From: Antedon mediterranea
Lineage: Eukaryota > Animalia > Echinodermata
Assembly (NCBI RefSeq): GCF_964355755.1
Contig: NC_092670.1
Span: 26,584,795 to 26,648,794, forward strand
Direction of reading: 5' to 3'
DNA length: 64,000 nucleotides
Shown here: piece after piece, positions 59,190 through 64,000 of the stretch
Numbering within the stretch: the stretch's first letter is position 1
Layout of the letters: the number at the start of each line of letters is the position of its first letter
Program-made: the position numbers and the translations under genes
Notes under the pieces: model-generated
The model's input: the letters and a program-made list of their open reading frames with translations, nothing else
What the model was told of the DNA's origin: nothing
The model's database searches: none

Positions 59190-62100
59190 ACATAGACTTT
59201 GGTAAGAATATCAACCCTCGGCCTACAGTACAGTAGATGGCTAATAGAAATGAAAATAGTTTTTTTTCAAAAAGTCAATATTAATATTGGAACAATTTAT
59301 CCATCAAAAATACTTATGCATTGTTATAAATATCAGCATTTGCAATATCCCAATTACACCATCATCGAAGGTATAAATAAAGATAAACGCAAGATCAAAG
59401 TACAAAAAGAACTTGATTTAGCTATAAAAAGAGGAAAGGAAAAATGTTAACACAGATTAGAACAGAATATCAACAAACTAAATAAAAACAGACTAAAAAA
59501 AACATGGAAAGAGATAAAAAATATTGTTGGACTTGAGAACAAAACATGTGGATGTAAATTATTATGGGGCTACAATTCAAATCAACTATCTGAATCCCTA
59601 AATCTATTCTTTGAATGGTTTGATATGTACGATTTTAAAACGGAACTAGATTTAATTCGTCACTATGACGAATTATAGGTTATATGCATTGATTTAAATA
59701 AAGATAATAGATTTTTAAAAGATATATTGATTGATTGATTTTCTCAGAATCTTTAATTATTTATCACAATCCGATCAAAGATCCATATGCGTATAATGTC
59801 ATAAACCACATTTGTTGTTACATAATAATAAAGACATAAGTTACTTTTTATCTAGATTTCATTATAAATCATGTGTATAATCTATACACAAAGAAATAAA
59901 TTTGAACAAACAATACGGATAATAAAAAAAAAAATCTTATTTCGTTTCCCAAGGTAAGACTCGATCTCTGTACCTTGAATGCCATAGACACGAGCACAGA
60001 CCATCGAGCCATACACAACTGACTAAAAGTTGTAGAAAAATTCCTCCGTGTATTTACTATGCAGTAACCACTTTGGTGCAAATAGATTACATACCGCAAT
60101 GAATTATAATTTTTTACTATTATGACATCTTTAAAAATGTAAAAAAATGATGCACTGTCAAACTATATACTTTTAACTTTAATATATGAACTTCTTAAGA
60201 AAGAAAGTTAATGTTAAGTTTGTTATTTCGGCCTAAGAAAATGTCATAATTTGTTTGATTGTCGAAATTATTTTTTTAAAATTTAATATGCAATTAATGA
60301 AGACTTAATAAACTTTTTTTCTCTTAATTTGATAATAAATCATACATATGATACATACACTTCAAGAAAATGAAATAAAAAATAGGTGTTCCCCAGCATT
60401 CTGACGATATAGATTAATTTTAAAAATTAGCATATTTTCACCATTTTGTTAACTTATACGTGCGTAGCCTGTCACTTTTGACGTGCTCGTATAACGCAAT
60501 TTCGAGTTGAAACGTGAATCAAATATGATGATATTATTAAAGAAAGACTGTAAAACAGAAATCGGGCAAAAAGAGTGCGCATTAACGTTTAATGCGCAGT
60601 CAGTGCGCGTGCAAAAATCAGCGCACTCATGGCAATTTTTTAAATGCCTAAAATTGCCTGAAACGTACTCTAATTTCATCGAAAATAAATTTTGACAATT
60701 TTGAACAGTTTAAGCGCGCGTGCGCAAGCGTTATATGCGCTACGCACGTAATTGTATTGCCATATGATGAAATATGACCTGACATTTATGAGTACCAAAT
60801 TTTGTTTAATTGTGATTCATGCTTGTGAAGATATGATTACAAACGTGATTTCGTTAAATCGCGAGTAGACCGCGTAATGATTGATTGCGCACCATGAAAA
60901 CATAACCACATCGATTCCTGGCCATAAGGAATATACTCTGAAAAATTGACTTAGCTAGATGAAACTGATGCCAAGATAATTCATGGACAAAATAGTGCTA
61001 AGGAAAGAATAAATAAATAAATAAATAAATAAAGATCCTGACAGAATCAAGAGGTTATATGCATTAATGCATATAACCTAACTAGAAGATACCTGTAAAA
61101 ACATTGTTATCAACGCAAAAGACATGGTGCCCATTTCTGAATCTGATATTGTAAAACTTGTAAAGAATATTAAACTAATAAAGCGGCTAGAAACACTCCC
61201 TGATTGTACCCATTTCTAAAACAAATAGTGTGAACACTATTGCTTTATCATCTATGGTTATGAAATGCCTGGAGAAATTTTAAAGCTAACACAGATCAGT
61301 TGTTGGACACAATGCAATTTGCATATAGGGTACACAGAGACTTATTCATAATATACACAAACATCTCAACAAGAAAAACATGTCTTCTTTTAATTGACTT
61401 CAGTTCGGCTTTCAATACTTTACAACCTCATATCCTTCTCTCCAAACTTATTAATAATTCTTAACCCATCTATCATTCTCTGGATTAAGAATTATCCTGT
61501 ACACAATTGATTGTAGGAATAACACGGACTCATGTAATATTTTAAAACACTTGCATAGTCGGTAATATTAAAGATGCTGAATCTCTTTATAACTATTATA
61601 GGAAATTGCCTATTTATCAAATGGTGTGAGGAAAATGACCTTGTACTTAACCCAAAAAAGACAAAAGAATTAATCATTGATTTTAAACAAAAATACATTT
61701 ATAGTCATGATGATGTGGTAATTAATGGCGAAAACATATAATAGAAGTAGGTAAAGATTACAAATACTAGGGACTATTATCTATGAGAATTTAAAGTGGA
61801 GCAAAAACACAGACAGATTGTTTAAAAAGGGTCAGCAACAATTGCACTTAATGTGGCAACTAAGAACATTTAATGTAGATAATAAAATCCTTATAATGTT
61901 TTATAAATCAATGGTTCTTAGCGTTATATCTTTCTATTATGCCATCCTATGTAGTAGCATTAATGCAAAAGATAGAGGAAGATTATGTAGAATTGTGCGT
62001 AAATCAAGTAGAATGTTAAACGTTCCTGTAAATGATCTCGAATTTAAGTTTGATCATTCTGTTTTAACGCTGGTCAAGCGTATTATGTCCATCCCCTGTT

Positions 62101-62210
62101 TGCAGAATACAACCTACTGCGTTCTGGCTGTCAATTGCATAGTATCCTATCAAGAACTGGTATCACAATTTGTTTGTTCCCAGCTCAACATATAATAAGA
62201 TGTGCAATAG
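59190..62210 (+). pseudogene. Degenerate Rex1/Babar-like LINE interrupted by other repeats (~59720-61085)
   Basis: QKELDLAIKRGK, MKCLEK, QFAYR, DFSSAFNTLQPHILLSKL, WCEENDLVLNPKKTKELIIDF, KKGQQQLHLMWQLRTFNVD. Confidence 0.8.
60100..61085 (-). mobile_element. DINE-1/Helentron-like element copy
   Basis: Terminal palindrome GGTTATATGCATTAATGCATATAACC with adjacent (TTTA)n on the minus strand; body homologous to 23600-23780; 60170-60690 recurs at 62410-62900. Confidence 0.6.
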
Positions 62211-63794
62211 ATAGACTTTTTTTAAATTAGATTAAAACGCAATTCTCACAATTTTTACATCTTAGTATCGATTTTAATAAACTTATTCCATTTTATATTA
62301 TATTTTGTACTTGTTCCATACGTGTGTTTAGTAGTATGTAAAACATCAATTTATTTTTTTTTTATGAATATTGGACAATAAAAGTAAAAAAAAAATATGT
62401 TTGACCAGCTTTTAATATATGAACATTTTAAAGAAGAAGGTTAATGTTAAGTTTGTTGTTTTGGTCCAAGAAAATATCATAGTTTGTTTGATTGTTGAAA
62501 TTAAATTGTTCTTATTTAATATGCAATTAATGATGATGTAATTTTTCTCTTAATTTCATAATAAATCATACATATGATACATACACTTTAAGAAAATGAC
62601 ATTTGAAATAGGTGTTCCCCAGCATTCTATTGATCTATATTAATTTTAAAATGTAGCATATTTTCATCATTTTTTTGTTAACTTACATATGCGTAGCCTG
62701 TCACTGATGTCCTCGTTTTACATGGTTGAAAAGTGAATAACATATGAGATTACTAAAGAAAGGTTGTAAAACAGAAATCTGGAAAAAATAGTGTGTTTTA
62801 ACGTTAATGCGCAGTTTGTGCGTGCAAAAATCTGCGCACTCATGGCAATTTCTTTAAATGCTTAAAATTGCCTGAAACAATTTCATCAAAATAATTTTTT
62901 TAAATGTAAAGGTCAAGGAATCAAAATACAGCATTGTAAAGTTCATCTAATGGCCACCATTTTGAAAAAACAAAATGGCTGCCATAAAATTTACGGATTT
63001 TTCCTCATACCTCAGCTTCTAAACACGCTTCGCTCGCGTACCATCTAGTTCGTGCCCACAGATGGTTCTCGAATACATACCGTAGTAATTTCAGCATAAA
63101 AAACTGGCGATTTCAAATGTACAGGCAGGACTATAAAACATTGTCGTTTACAGAAAAAAATAGACACAATGATTTATGCAGTCAACCCAAATTAGCACCT
63201 AGAAACTTGTCACAAAAGGAGTCCAAATTTTTTATTTGGACTCCCAATTTGTGTTTTGTATCTAACATTAGAGTTGAGGGTTGGGGATGAGGATAGGTAC
63301 AAAGAGGAACAATGTTTTAATATATTCTTCTATTAAATTATTCTTTATATTTCTTTATTATCCACTCGGTAACGAAATATTTTTTTATAGGCCTATAAAT
63401 AATATACCACTAAAAAGAGTAAACCATTTCCGATTTAATACTTAGTTTAAACTGTCACTGTCTCATAGTCGATTGAAATAGTAAAGTACATTTAAAGACC
63501 ACTAATACGTTTATATTTTTGTAATTATTAATTAATACAAACGTTGAGAAGCAACTGTCAGTAATAAAGTATTATATTATTATGTGTTTATAATCTAAAA
63601 GTAGGGGCTACCCACCCTCACAGTAATAAAGTTTATTAGTATATTTGTTTATATTATATCTAACAGTACCAACACACTTTTGATTCAAATGGCGATCAAA
63701 AGTGGTTAATACCTATTTGCAGTATTGTATAGCATTACAATACTATTTATGTTTATTCTCCAAGGGTCTATAAATTTACCTACTTGTGTTAAAC

Positions 63795-63814
63795 CATGGA
63801 GGTATGCAAGTCTG
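63795..63814. mobile_element. 20-bp insert with 7-bp duplication (putative P-like footprint)
   Basis: GTTAAAC-CATGGAGGTATGCAAGTCTG-GTTAAAC inside a repeat paralogous to 20790-21020. Confidence 0.7.
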
Positions 63815-64000
63815 GTTAAACCAAATAATTTGGAATGTTCCATTCATTGCAAATCAATACATTTGTATAAACGTATATTAAATCTATCAAAATAGTATTT
63901 TTTTAAGAAAATCGGCCTGTCTTCAACATTATGATACTGTACTCTGTAACAACTTTGGTGGGTAGGGTAGGAACCAACTTAAGTATGAATTGGCTCTAAG

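Overview
AT-rich eukaryotic (animal) genomic DNA, not prokaryotic; the Deu/Nin-type SINE and TAGGCCTA richness suggest a marine invertebrate such as an echinoderm (inference). The only host gene I can support is the 5' half of a NEK10 kinase gene: 18 small + strand coding exons from 27466 to 59049 with consistent splice phases, continuing past the window. The rest is mobile DNA: a young 5'-truncated LINE, a near-intact CsRn1-type Gypsy LTR retrotransposon whose LTRs both end in AA rather than CA, DIRS/RTE/CR1/L2/Rex1 remnants, many MITEs, DINE-1/Helentron-like repeats and a 2.25-kb foldback palindrome. The most unusual signal is three classes of apparent transposon excision scars: (i) 20-37 bp mini-palindromes between 7-bp duplications matching the ends of a P-like MITE in this window, including two stacked at one site; (ii) TA-GGC/GGCC/GGCCC-TA micro-insertions, seen by comparing paralogous repeats, which could explain the many TAGGCCTA motifs; (iii) TA-CTG/CAG-TA Tc1/mariner-type scars. 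All family assignments come from motif recognition by eye; no searches were run.
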